Shown here: positions 50,549 to 59,727 of the stretch, piece by piece
Layout: every line of letters begins with the position of its first letter
How positions within the stretch are numbered: the first letter of the stretch is position 1
Source of the DNA: a virus
DNA: 62,781 nucleotides
IMG/VR virus record: IMGVR_UViG_3300017746_000009
Span: 1-62,781 of that record
Reading direction: 5' to 3' (one strand)
Translations under genes and position numbers: made by a program
Notes under the pieces: generated by a model
Told to the model about the DNA's origin: nothing
The model's database searches: none
The model's input: the letters and a program-made list of their open reading frames with translations, nothing else

Positions 50549-51472
50549 CTATGTTTTTATGTGTTTAGCATATTCTTCAAGTGGGACGCCTAATCTTTTA
50601 GCAATTGCTACTTGACTAGGTGACAACTTGACAGTGCGTCCTTTTCCTGTTTTACCTCTAGCACCTCTGCTTGGGGCTGCAACATTTTCTTGAACGATAT
50701 TATTTTGAGAGACTTCTCCTCCGTTATTAAACTTATGAGGAAAACTCTCCACCATTCTTTTATCTATCTCCTGATAATATTCATCAGAAGAAGGATCAAA
50801 ACCTTCACTCTCTACCAACTCTCTATGAAAAGCAAAAGCACTCGTAGTCATAGCTAAGTCCGTGCCGAACCAGTCATTTTTCTTAGCCCAATCTTGAGCT
50901 TTAGGATCTGGAGTAGGTTGAGTTTGAGCTTGTTGTGTAACCTGTTGCTGAACTTGCTGCTCAACATTTGTTGATTCGCTTTTTTGTTCTTTTTCAGGTT
51001 TAACACGATTTAAGCTCTCTAATTCTACTGCAAGTTTTGCTACATCTTTTTGATGTTCCAACATTGCATCTGTATCTCCGAGGTCATAAGCAGTTTTATA
51101 CTTGTCTTCGGCAGTAGCAAGTTGGCTTGCAACTCTTGCACTATACTCATCATATAGTGATTTATCTTTTTGTGAAAGGTTTTCATTAGTTTTATTTAAC
51201 TCATTTTGAACATTCTTAGCATAATCTAATGCTGCCTGTTCTCTTCTTTCAGCTTCTTTAATCTTATATGTGAGTTTATTAATACGTTTTTTGACTGATT
51301 CACTGTAGTCAGCTACTTCTTTTTCAGTAGATTCCTCTTCAGAAGTTTCTTGAACTTCTATCTGATTTTCTTCTGGTTGAGTTTCTTCTACTACTACAGC
51401 TTCTTCGGTAGTCGTTTCTTCGCCTTCAAGTTCTATTTGAACTTCTTCTGTTTCTTGCATGGGTTCTGCCAT
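50549..51472 (-). CDS. scaffolding protein
   Basis: Highly acidic Glu-rich N-terminus, long coiled-coil and Gln-rich middle, basic C-terminus; position upstream of the capsid gene. Confidence 0.6.
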   Translation of the reverse strand: MAEPMQETEEVQIELEGEETTTEEAVVVEETQPEENQIEVQETSEEESTEKEVADYSESVKKRINKLTYKIKEAERREQAALDYAKNVQNELNKTNENLSQKDKSLYDEYSARVASQLATAEDKYKTAYDLGDTDAMLEHQKDVAKLAVELESLNRVKPEKEQKSESTNVEQQVQQQVTQQAQTQPTPDPKAQDWAKKNDWFGTDLAMTTSAFAFHRELVESEGFDPSSDEYYQEIDKRMVESFPHKFNNGGEVSQNNIVQENVAAPSRGARGKTGKGRTVKLSPSQVAIAKRLGVPLEEYAKHIKT

Positions 51473-51502
51473 GATTATACTCCTATGTTAATAGTTGCGT
51501 GA

Positions 51503-51952
51503 TTATTGTACATCTTCTGGGTTATTCACCACAGCAAGTACTTCATCATCGTTTAATAAGCGCAAGTCACCACCATCAATTTTGATCCTAGCTCCTGCGT
51601 ATCTTCCAAAAATAATCCAATCTCTTTCTTGGCACCAGGCACCGTTAGGAAATTTATTCTTATCTTTGTAAGCATCTGGTCCTAATGATACTACGAATCC
51701 TACATTAGTACCTAATCTTTCTTTTTCTAAATATGAATCAGCTAAGTGTATTCCACCTTTAGTAACGGATTTTTGAGTAAAAGGAAGGATTAATATTCTA
51801 TACCCTGTCGGGTCTGGTAGTTTTTCTATAAGAGATTCGTCTTCTTCAATAGTTTCTGGTGTAAACTTATCTTCTATGATAGGTTCTACAGGTTTATCTT
51901 TAAACCTGTCTACATGATCAGGTATTTTTTTCTCTTGAGTTGCATCAGTCAT
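51503..51952 (-). CDS. GroES-like co-chaperonin with an acidic N-terminal extension of about 45 aa
   Basis: YRILILPFTQKSVTKGGIHLADS..ERLGTNVGFVVSLGPDA ~ GroES [23 protein letters not shown]...TRGEVLAVGNG. RDWIIFGRYAGARIKIDGGDLRLLNDDEVLAVV ~ [34 protein letters not shown]. Confidence 0.7.
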   Translation of the reverse strand: MTDATQEKKIPDHVDRFKDKPVEPIIEDKFTPETIEEDESLIEKLPDPTGYRILILPFTQKSVTKGGIHLADSYLEKERLGTNVGFVVSLGPDAYKDKNKFPNGAWCQERDWIIFGRYAGARIKIDGGDLRLLNDDEVLAVVNNPEDVQ

Positions 51953-52169
51953 CTTCTTGCTCCTTGATGTTTTGCAGGTCTATTATAATTCTTTCAGCAG
52001 AACTTAGACCAGAGAGTTCTCCTAAAACTTTATTATAGCTGTTCCAGTCTTGTACACCACCAGTTGCTAATAAATCTGTTAATTCTTCTTTTCTTTTACG
52101 TACTTCTCTTAATGTTTTTTCTACTATGTATAAACCGTCCATCAGCACTTCCACTGTCTTCGTGACCAA
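51945..52169 (-). CDS. hypothetical protein (74 aa)
   Basis: 8-nt overlap with the GroES-like gene; coiled-coil character. Confidence 0.55.
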   Translation of the reverse strand: MVTKTVEVLMDGLYIVEKTLREVRKRKEELTDLLATGGVQDWNSYNKVLGELSGLSSAERIIIDLQNIKEQEDD

Positions 52170-52408
52170 TAGTTAGCCTTTGTTTTATCACTACCTAAAC
52201 CACTGCTACGAGCACAGTAAGACCTTTTTCTCTTTTTATCTCCAGGATGTGCACCTAGATTAGGATCACCAAAAGTTACTCTTTTTATATTCCCTGTTTT
52301 AGGATCTTTTACAAAAACTTCTCTAGTTTTCTTGCCATATCCAGGTTTTCCTTTCCCTATCCTTCTTGGTTTATTTAAAGTAACTTGTTTTCCTTTATAT
52401 TCTGCCAT
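52142..52408 (-). CDS. small basic protein (88 aa)
   Basis: KGKQVTLNKPRRIGKGKPGYGKKTREVFVKDPKTGNIKRVTFG; Lys/Arg-rich throughout. Confidence 0.55.
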   Translation of the reverse strand: MAEYKGKQVTLNKPRRIGKGKPGYGKKTREVFVKDPKTGNIKRVTFGDPNLGAHPGDKKRKRSYCARSSGLGSDKTKANYWSRRQWKC

Positions 52409-52410
52409 TT

Positions 52411-52785
52411 TTAAGCGTATTTAGTTTTTTTCCTACGGTTAGGCATAACAGCTCCGCATCCTCTAGAAAATTCACCGCCACTTTTCATAGGTTTAGGTAT
52501 AACTCCTTTTCCCATTAAAATATCTTTTTGAGTAATTTTTCCATCACCACTTAGGTCTGGAAACTTACCCCCATCTTTCATCATTTTTATTTCACCGCCA
52601 TATGCTGCTGCCTTTTTAGGTTTTTTAGCAGTTTTTGCTGCAGCTTTAAAATCAGCAGCAGAAGGTGCACCTTTAGCTCCTTTTTTACGCATTTTTTTAC
52701 CAGCTTTTTTCTTTTTATTAATATTATAATAAAGTCCTTTTTTAGCTGTTCTACCGTCTTTTGTTTTATGTGTTGGTTTTGGCAT
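52411..52785 (-). CDS. highly basic Lys/Ala/Gly-rich protein (124 aa)
   Basis: MPKPTHKTKDGRTAKKGLYYNINKKKKAGKKMRKKGAKGAPSAADFKAAAKTAKKPKK. Confidence 0.55.
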   Translation of the reverse strand: MPKPTHKTKDGRTAKKGLYYNINKKKKAGKKMRKKGAKGAPSAADFKAAAKTAKKPKKAAAYGGEIKMMKDGGKFPDLSGDGKITQKDILMGKGVIPKPMKSGGEFSRGCGAVMPNRRKKTKYA

Positions 52786-52786
52786 T

Positions 52787-53461
52787 TTATTCCTCGTATA
52801 GATTGTTAAAAGTAATAGCAGGATCTAGATAAGTTTCATGACTTTCTGCGGAGTGTGTATGTTGAGAAGGTTTAAAGTCTGGTGCTCCTTCGCCTGTTAC
52901 CCAAAGAGCAGGGCTAGTTGCTCTTACTCTATTATTAGGTAATGCTACAAAGTTACCTTTCCACTTGCCTTCGTCTGTAATATACATAACATGAGATTGT
53001 TTGTGTTGAGCCGAATCATCAGCTATATCACTATTTGTATAATCTACAGTAAACATATATTTACCATTATAAAACTTTCCATCAATTTTGCATAGCCATG
53101 GACTTGAACTTACTCGATCCATAACTATAATTGAATGATCTCTTGACTCACAATCCCAAGGTTGACATAAATGATCTTCCATAGCATCGGGATATTCTTT
53201 GCTGGGTATATCAGCTACTAATGCTTGTATTGGCATTCTTGCCCACATAGCACCACCGTGTATATTACCTTCGTCCCAGTCTTCACAATTTGATTCATAG
53301 CCTGTAAAGACTACTTGAAAACTTAATGAACGATCAGGTATTGTATTAACAGCAATCGCTAGAGCGTGAAGATATTCGCCATGATATTTTTCATGATTGT
53401 GTGTAAATTCTCTTCTCACCCAACACTTAAAGTGAGGGATATTACTGATAAGGTGTGCCAC
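52787..53461 (-). CDS. hypothetical protein (224 aa, GTG start)
   Basis: ORF in the array; the GTG at 53461 abuts the stop of the small basic ORF. Confidence 0.6.
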   Translation of the reverse strand: MAHLISNIPHFKCWVRREFTHNHEKYHGEYLHALAIAVNTIPDRSLSFQVVFTGYESNCEDWDEGNIHGGAMWARMPIQALVADIPSKEYPDAMEDHLCQPWDCESRDHSIIVMDRVSSSPWLCKIDGKFYNGKYMFTVDYTNSDIADDSAQHKQSHVMYITDEGKWKGNFVALPNNRVRATSPALWVTGEGAPDFKPSQHTHSAESHETYLDPAITFNNLYEE

Positions 53462-53560
53462 CTACTTCTTTTTCTTTCTAGTTGTTTTACGTTTGCTCTT
53501 TTTACGTGCTGCTCCACCTTTGGACATTTTACGCATAGAACCGTATTTACTTTTTTTCAT
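53462..53560 (-). CDS. possible 32-aa Lys/Arg-rich peptide (not in the ORF track)
   Basis: GGGGATAAACC precedes the ATG at 53560. My translation is MKKSKYGSMRKMSKGGAARKKSKRKTTRKKKK, and the TAG stop directly abuts the next GTG start. Confidence 0.35.
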   Translation of the reverse strand: MKKSKYGSMRKMSKGGAARKKSKRKTTRKKKK

Positions 53561-53563
53561 GGT

Positions 53564-53938
53564 TTATCCCCATACTTTAGTTTTTGTTCCGCCCCAATAT
53601 TCAACAGCATGGTCTTCGTCAATTAATTTTTGACAAACATCTTCTCCGTTTACAAATGGAACGCCTAAAATCCTACCGTATTTACCCTTACCTAAAGATT
53701 TAATCTGTAGTGTATCGGTTGTACATATTTCTATAAGTCTTTCTTTAGCTTTTAAACCTAATGCTTTTTCTGCTAAGTTTCTTGTTCTGCTTTCTGGTGT
53801 ATCTATACCAGCTAATCTAACTCTTTGTTTATGAAGTTTTATATCAAACCCTAAATCCAAAGTTACGTCAATAGTGTCACCATCTATTACTCTATCTAAC
53901 ACAGCGTTATAAACAAAGGAATCAGGAGAAGAACTCAT
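53564..53938 (-). CDS. staphylococcal (micrococcal) nuclease-like thermonuclease
   Basis: VIDGDTIDV, RVRLAGIDTPE, GKYGRILG and a C-terminal DEDHAVEY match the SNase motif order. Confidence 0.8.
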   Translation of the reverse strand: MSSSPDSFVYNAVLDRVIDGDTIDVTLDLGFDIKLHKQRVRLAGIDTPESRTRNLAEKALGLKAKERLIEICTTDTLQIKSLGKGKYGRILGVPFVNGEDVCQKLIDEDHAVEYWGGTKTKVWG

Positions 53939-53942
53939 AAAT

Positions 53943-54140
53943 TTATCTTACACCGCTTGAGCTAGTGTTGTATTTAACACCTTTTGTAGCTTTACCTTTA
54001 CCTTGAACTGTGCTTTGACCCTGACCGAAGATATCGCTATTAGTTTTAGTTAAAACTACCGTACCTTTAACTGGTTTTGATAAATCAATTTTATCAGGAG
54101 CAGGAACACTAACTTTTTTAAATTTAGTTGTATCTTTCAT
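53943..54140 (-). CDS. hypothetical protein (65 aa)
   Basis: 1-nt overlap with the portal gene stop. Confidence 0.5.
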   Translation of the reverse strand: MKDTTKFKKVSVPAPDKIDLSKPVKGTVVLTKTNSDIFGQGQSTVQGKGKATKGVKYNTSSSGVR

Positions 54141-56533
54141 TAGTCACCTCGACTGTCTGTATCCGATGATCTTACATCTTTCAATATCTGACCATACGTT
54201 TTGTTATTACTATCTTGAGCTTTTAAGAGTGCTTCTTCTCTATCTTGAGCTACTTTCATTTCAGCTATGGATTCTTGTGATTCTATTTTAGCAAGATCAA
54301 CCTGACTTCGTAAAGCATCACGTTCTCTTGTTGCATCTATTTCCTCACGTTTAACTTGTAAAAGAGGATCTAATTCTTGTGCTTTAGCTTGGGCTTCTGC
54401 CATAGCTTGAGCTTGACCTGTAACTTCTTGCGTAGCTTTTGCTGCAGCTGCAGCTATTTCATTCATAGCTTCTGGTGGCATCTCTTGACCTTCTTCTAGC
54501 TGAGGTAGTGGTTGACCTAAAGCAGACTCTATTTGTTGTTTATACAACATTGCTTGGTGTTCTTGTATATTAGCTTGTATAGACTGTAGTGCCATAGGGT
54601 TTTCTTGCATCATAGGATTCTGCATAAATGCTGCATGAGCAGCAATATATGCTTCATGACTTTGAAACTCAAAAGCTTTAATTGGTTGACCAAGCATTGC
54701 TGCTTGTTGTTCTGTAACTGGGTCTCTTGGCGGTACTTGTGGTAACTCAGGTAAAATTTCTTCTATATTTTTTATTTCTAAAGCTTCGTACATACGTCTA
54801 TAAGCTTCTCTCAAATTATGTATTTGAGGAGCTGCTTGTGCCATCTGTAGTTCTTGCTGAGCTAACATAACTCTTTGTGCCATACTAAATATGTTAGGAT
54901 CACTTATAGGTAGTATATCTACTCTATCATCAAAATCTGATTGTTTGATCTCTTGACTGGCTCCTGTAACCTGATACGGATATACAGGTGGGAGAGAACG
55001 GGAGAATACTCCAGCCAAGAGCCTAAACTCTTTTTTCTGAGCAAAATGAAGACGTTTATGTATAGCAGACATTACTTTTGTGCCACGTTCTAGCATAGCT
55101 ACTGTGGTTCCTACTGGTAATTGTTGGCTTCCTATGTCGCCTACTTGCATATCAGCAATAGAAGCAAACCTTCTACCACTGTCGATTAATAAACCTAATA
55201 ACTGACTTAATACGTTGCTTGGTTCTTTATACGGTAAAGGCATAAGAGCATCTCTTATTACTCCTCCTGGCACATCAACATCTCTAAATTCTCCAGGACG
55301 TAACGGTTCATCTTCTCCTTGTACTCTCATACCTCTAGCTTTAAAACCAGCAGGTAGGTTACTTAGTGTACCAGCATCTATTAATTGACGTAAAACAGAA
55401 GTAGCTGATTTAGTTAAACCACCAATCATGTGTATTAAACCAAAACCATAAAACCCTAGTCCTGGCAAAAATTTATAATGTACAAAATATTCTTTTTTAC
55501 GGAACAAATTATCATTCATATCCCAGTTTCTACGTATAGCGAGGATCTCATTTGAGTCTTCAAGGATAGTAACTATGTATGGTACACCAAAATCATACTC
55601 ATCTATGCCTTCTAGCTCTAAATTTACATGAAACTCAAGCAAAGTGTACTCGGTATAGTCACTAGTCGGCTTACTAAGACCTTGTAACTCGTCCATTTTG
55701 TCTTTTGCGTCGTCATAATCAATAATTCCAGGGTCTCCAATGTCAATATCACGGTAAATACCATTTAATTGCATTTTTCTAATGTCATTTCCTGTCATAT
55801 TGATGACATGGGTGATTCTTGGGCTAGTTTCTAGGTTAGTTGTGTCATAACTGACGACTAAATCTTCTGCTTTTACAAAACTAGCGGTAGCACGGCTTAA
55901 AAGTGAGTCAAAATACACTTTTTTAAAGGCAGATCCCGCCAAAGGTAGGTAAAACAGTAAACTATCCATATCTGGGTCATATTCTTCCATGACTTCAGTG
56001 ATTTGGTAGTTCATAAACTCTTTTACACGTTGACTTTGAGCCATAACTTCCCTATTTTCTGCTCCAACTATACGAGTTTTGACTGGACCAGACGCAGGAA
56101 GTAGTTCTTTGTATGCTTGTGCTTGAAATTGTGTAGCAGCTTCTGCTAAAATAGGGTGAGTTACTCCACTTGCACCAGGAAAAGGTTCGTCACGGTCTTC
56201 TGTTTTTATACCGAGTAAATCTAAACCTTCTGTAAATGTTTGTAACCACTCTTCACGTGACTCTTTGTCTTCTTCATAAGCAGAAGAAAGCTCTGAACTT
56301 AGTTCACTTAATTTTTCAGGCGGTAAAACATCTGCTAAGTTTTGATTATGTTCGTTTGTTGCTTGTTGTTCTTGATCGACCACGGGCACCATTTGACCAT
56401 CCGCTGACATTTGAAACTCAACAGCAGGTTCTTCACCTTCTTCTATTTCTATCGTAATTTCTTCAGCGTCTGCTAAACTTTCTTTAAATGGACTTTCACC
56501 TTTATTTGGATATCTTTGTACTTCTATCGCCAT
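54140..56533 (-). CDS. portal protein
   Basis: A 797-aa ORF immediately downstream of the large terminase gene, with an acidic N-terminus and a long Gln/Ala/Glu-rich helical C-terminus. The call rests on position and size. Confidence 0.6.
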   Translation of the reverse strand: MAIEVQRYPNKGESPFKESLADAEEITIEIEEGEEPAVEFQMSADGQMVPVVDQEQQATNEHNQNLADVLPPEKLSELSSELSSAYEEDKESREEWLQTFTEGLDLLGIKTEDRDEPFPGASGVTHPILAEAATQFQAQAYKELLPASGPVKTRIVGAENREVMAQSQRVKEFMNYQITEVMEEYDPDMDSLLFYLPLAGSAFKKVYFDSLLSRATASFVKAEDLVVSYDTTNLETSPRITHVINMTGNDIRKMQLNGIYRDIDIGDPGIIDYDDAKDKMDELQGLSKPTSDYTEYTLLEFHVNLELEGIDEYDFGVPYIVTILEDSNEILAIRRNWDMNDNLFRKKEYFVHYKFLPGLGFYGFGLIHMIGGLTKSATSVLRQLIDAGTLSNLPAGFKARGMRVQGEDEPLRPGEFRDVDVPGGVIRDALMPLPYKEPSNVLSQLLGLLIDSGRRFASIADMQVGDIGSQQLPVGTTVAMLERGTKVMSAIHKRLHFAQKKEFRLLAGVFSRSLPPVYPYQVTGASQEIKQSDFDDRVDILPISDPNIFSMAQRVMLAQQELQMAQAAPQIHNLREAYRRMYEALEIKNIEEILPELPQVPPRDPVTEQQAAMLGQPIKAFEFQSHEAYIAAHAAFMQNPMMQENPMALQSIQANIQEHQAMLYKQQIESALGQPLPQLEEGQEMPPEAMNEIAAAAAKATQEVTGQAQAMAEAQAKAQELDPLLQVKREEIDATRERDALRSQVDLAKIESQESIAEMKVAQDREEALLKAQDSNNKTYGQILKDVRSSDTDSRGD

Positions 56534-56549
56534 TTATGTTTCCCGTGCG

Positions 56550-58064
56550 TTAATAGTAACTTATTTTCTTCTTATATAAAACCTCTTCTTCATAATCAGA
56601 AGGAAGCTGTATAAACCCACCTTGTCTAAACCTTAACATTGCTTGTGTTGTTGAGTCAACTAAATCATCGTGGTCACCTGCTGGAAACGCAGCACACTCT
56701 TCAATAACTTCTTGTGCCCATGTTGTATCAGGATACCAAACCATGCCAGACTCGAACAATGGAGCACAAGCATTGACTCTTGATATCTTGTCATTACCAC
56801 GAGAAGGTGTAAAATTCTGCACAGGTATACCTACGTTTCTTAGTTCTTGAGTGAGAGGCATACCAGAAGCTTTACCTTCTATTATGACACTGTCAGGTTC
56901 CCAATGTTCATACTGTTCTAAAGCAAGAGCTTTGAGTTCTGGAAAATTATATCTTCCTTTAATTACATCTAGTAGAATAATATGCGGTGCATTACCGTGA
57001 TATATTTCTTCGCCACCTAGTCTACCTTCTGGATAAAATACTCCCCAAGTAGTGATCGCTGAATAATCTGCCATCTCTGATTTTAAAAACGCAGTATCGT
57101 AACTTTGAATAATATAATCACATTGAGGAGGTTCTCTATTTGGCCATTCTTTCCACCATTCTCTTTTAATTAGTGCTCCTTCTTCTGAAGTTGGATTCTG
57201 CATGTATTGTGCGTGCCACTTAGGACCGCCACGTAAAGAAGCTTTTACACTTTCTAATTCTTCTATACTCCAATAACTTTCCCACAGCGGTTTACCACTA
57301 GGTAAAATAGCAGGTAGCTCAATAAGTTCCCATTGATCTGCTTTAGGATCACGTGCGGCATCTTGTAATAAACGACCTGTTAAATCATTTACGTTCCACC
57401 TTGTCATTACAATTACGATTGCTCCTCCTGGCTGAAGACGTTGTCGTGGACCAGAAGTGTACCACTCATAAGTATCTTCCATAGATTTAGGATTCATTGC
57501 GTCTTGCTCAGAGTGTGGGTCGTCGATTATAAATAAATCGGCACCACGTCCAGCTAACGCACCACCCACACCTGCTGCATAGTATTCGCCTTTAAGTTTT
57601 GGATTACGCTTATCTTGTGTTTCCCATTTACCTGCTGCTTTACTGTCTGGGTTTATAAGGACGTTGTCAAAAACTTTTTCAAAGTCTTCCATTAACATAA
57701 GGTCACGGATTTTACGACCAAACTTTACAGCAAGGTCGGCGGTGTGAGTTGCTTGTAATATTTTAAGTGAAGGATTACGACCAACTAAATAAGCAGGGAA
57801 CATGTGCGACGCAAACTCTGACTTAGTGTGTCGAGGAGGCATGTTAATAATTAGACGTTTTATTTTACCGTCAGCTATACGGTCAAAGGCTTCTGCCATA
57901 ACTTTGTGATGAGCACCTTCAATAAAACTTGGCCACTGAGTACGGACAAAAGATAGAAAGTTTTTTTGAGCTTTTTCTACTTTTTCAAGTTCTTCTAGTC
58001 TTTCTGCTAGTTCTAGGTGTTCTTTGAGAACATCTTCTGAAAGATTCTCTAAGTTATTTTCCAT
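56550..58064 (-). CDS. terL: terminase large subunit
   Basis: A Walker A-like element INMPPRHTKSEF, Walker B ADLFIIDDPHSE, the coupling motif VMTRWN, and C-terminal RNaseH-like nuclease acidic residues (IQSYDTAF, GDHDDLVDSTTQA). Confidence 0.85.
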   Translation of the reverse strand: MENNLENLSEDVLKEHLELAERLEELEKVEKAQKNFLSFVRTQWPSFIEGAHHKVMAEAFDRIADGKIKRLIINMPPRHTKSEFASHMFPAYLVGRNPSLKILQATHTADLAVKFGRKIRDLMLMEDFEKVFDNVLINPDSKAAGKWETQDKRNPKLKGEYYAAGVGGALAGRGADLFIIDDPHSEQDAMNPKSMEDTYEWYTSGPRQRLQPGGAIVIVMTRWNVNDLTGRLLQDAARDPKADQWELIELPAILPSGKPLWESYWSIEELESVKASLRGGPKWHAQYMQNPTSEEGALIKREWWKEWPNREPPQCDYIIQSYDTAFLKSEMADYSAITTWGVFYPEGRLGGEEIYHGNAPHIILLDVIKGRYNFPELKALALEQYEHWEPDSVIIEGKASGMPLTQELRNVGIPVQNFTPSRGNDKISRVNACAPLFESGMVWYPDTTWAQEVIEECAAFPAGDHDDLVDSTTQAMLRFRQGGFIQLPSDYEEEVLYKKKISYY

Positions 58065-59031
58065 ACTTATCTAGATTAAATAATTCTTTAAACTTGTCGG
58101 CATCGTATTTATTACTTATGCCCTGATCTTTTAAACTTATGACAGTGTCTCCTCTGCTTTTAAGAGTAGCAGGATAATAAAGCGAATCATAATCCATATT
58201 TTTAAAAACATTAGGTAGGTTTTCATTTTTAGAAAACATTATAGGATAAGCGTTTCTTACATTAGGGTTTTTAGAAACCATAGCTTCTAGTTTAAGTGCT
58301 GCGCTTTCATCTCCAGCAGACCTAAGTCTTTTAGCTTCTTGTAATAATTTGTCAATAGTCTTTTTATCTAAGTCTTGAGGTTGAAAAGTTTTTCCAAAAT
58401 TAGGGTAATTGACTCGATAAATAGAACCGATACCTTGTGAATAGTCCATGAGCCTCGGATCACTTGCTAGGTTTGAGTAATAACTTCCTGGTTTTAAAGA
58501 ATCTATTCCTGTATCTTTTGAGCCATGAAACATGGGACCTTTTGAATTTACTCTACCTGCTGTTTCTTTGCCTTTATTACCTGATAGAAAACCAGCACGT
58601 GTTTGAATCACATTTAGTATTTTGTTGGTTTGGTCTTTTAATACTTTTTCAGTTTCAAATGGTTCGTCTACGCTTTTTGTAATACGTTCCATTTGATTTG
58701 TATATTCATCTATTATTTGTCTATTAGCGACGGGAAGATCTTTTGCTCCCAAGTTAGAAACTTTATCTATCACCATCTGCATTGCTTTTTTACTCATAGG
58801 CTTGGCTAAAGCAAATCCAGGTATAAGGTCTAAAGCAGCAAAGCTGGCATCTGTTCCAGTTTTATCACTTAATTCATAGGAGAGTAAAGGTAATAAACCA
58901 AGTGCACCTTTACCTGTTTTAAAGATATCTTTAAGTCCTTCTTCAGCACTCTTATCTGAAACAGCCAAGGGTGGAGCCAACACTCCACTTCTTGTATCAC
59001 CGATTAAAGAAGTTAAACCAAATTCTGCCAT
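58054..59031 (-). CDS. hypothetical protein (325 aa), first gene of the late operon
   Basis: ORF overlapping terL by 11 nt; no family assigned. Confidence 0.6.
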   Translation of the reverse strand: MAEFGLTSLIGDTRSGVLAPPLAVSDKSAEEGLKDIFKTGKGALGLLPLLSYELSDKTGTDASFAALDLIPGFALAKPMSKKAMQMVIDKVSNLGAKDLPVANRQIIDEYTNQMERITKSVDEPFETEKVLKDQTNKILNVIQTRAGFLSGNKGKETAGRVNSKGPMFHGSKDTGIDSLKPGSYYSNLASDPRLMDYSQGIGSIYRVNYPNFGKTFQPQDLDKKTIDKLLQEAKRLRSAGDESAALKLEAMVSKNPNVRNAYPIMFSKNENLPNVFKNMDYDSLYYPATLKSRGDTVISLKDQGISNKYDADKFKELFNLDKYGK

Positions 59032-59183
59032 ATCAAAAATAAATTTTGCAAAAAAATTTTTACACTCTGTTTTCTAACGATAGTGTAGTTCGCATAGTCG
59101 GAAAAGTAAATATCTTATCTAATGTCTCTTTAAAACTGAGCCGAAGGCTTACGTATGTTAGCCTTCGTTAAGGGGGTTAGGGG

Positions 59184-59222
59184 TAAAAAAATAGGGGCTA
59201 ACTAGTAGCCCCTAAATTTTTT
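59184..59222. terminator. Bidirectional-type rho-independent terminator after ORF 59233-59457
   Basis: The stem pairs taggggct (59192-59199) with agccccta (59207-59214) around a 7-nt loop. It is flanked by an A-run (59185-59191) and a T-run (59217-59222). Confidence 0.65.
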
Positions 59223-59232
59223 ACTAAGTTTT

Positions 59233-59457
59233 TTAGCTAATAGTAATAGCCCCCGTTTTTACTAGGTACTTTAAATCCGTACTATTACCTAGCCTATTAT
59301 TTATAGCGTAGGTTACCGTTTTACCGTTAACCGCTTTTACCCTAGCGTTATTATGGTCCGCCCTTAGTACCTTACCCGTAGCGGTTATAGTAGCGTTAGC
59401 GTTTAACCCGCCTAAGTAAGTAGGGTTAGTAGTTTTTTTAGTAGTAGTATTAGTCAT
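59233..59457 (-). CDS. small Thr/Lys-rich protein with a C-terminal D(L/I)KY...G motif; atypical codon usage
   Basis: MTNTTTKKTTNPT...VNGKTVTYAINNRLGNSTDLKYLVKTGAITIS. It uses AGG, CTA, ACG, GCG and GGG codons, which look rarer in neighbouring genes. Confidence 0.55.
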   Translation of the reverse strand: MTNTTTKKTTNPTYLGGLNANATITATGKVLRADHNNARVKAVNGKTVTYAINNRLGNSTDLKYLVKTGAITIS

Positions 59458-59528
59458 AATATTTACCGTATATAAAGGCTATTTATTAAAGTTACTAAAT
59501 ACCGCCTTTTTTAATATTTAGTAAAGCT

Positions 59529-59558
59529 ATTATAAAACTTTTTTTATTTAAAAGTAAA
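59529..59558 (-). promoter_or_regulatory. sigma70-like promoter candidate TTTACT-N18-TATAAT upstream of ORF 59233-59457
   Basis: Minus strand: TTTACT (59558-59553) and TATAAT (59534-59529). The aaaagtaaagg element is duplicated at 59550 and 59574. Confidence 0.3.
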
Positions 59559-59687
59559 GGTTTATATTTATATAAAAGTAAAGGGTTTTTTTAACACATT
59601 AGGCATGATCAGATGATCGTATATGTGGTCCATGGTCCATGGTTCGTGTTGCAATGACAATGTGATTACATCAATAGTTTACAGACA

Positions 59688-59727
59688 ATGATCCTGTGAT
59701 TACAGCGAAGCCATGATCAGATGATCT
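59688..59727. repeat. 40-bp direct repeat, copy 1 (38/40 identical to 59755-59794)
   Basis: atgatcctgtgattacagcgaagccatgatcagatgatct. Confidence 0.9.

Noticed and set aside
58054-59031. Possible ADP-ribosyltransferase (GPMFHGSKD resembles the PARP-type H-G-S motif, followed by GSIYRVNY)
   Set aside because: I could place only the first motif with any confidence, and I could not identify a convincing catalytic Glu or the full H-Y-E or R-S-E arrangement. The ORF is left as hypothetical.
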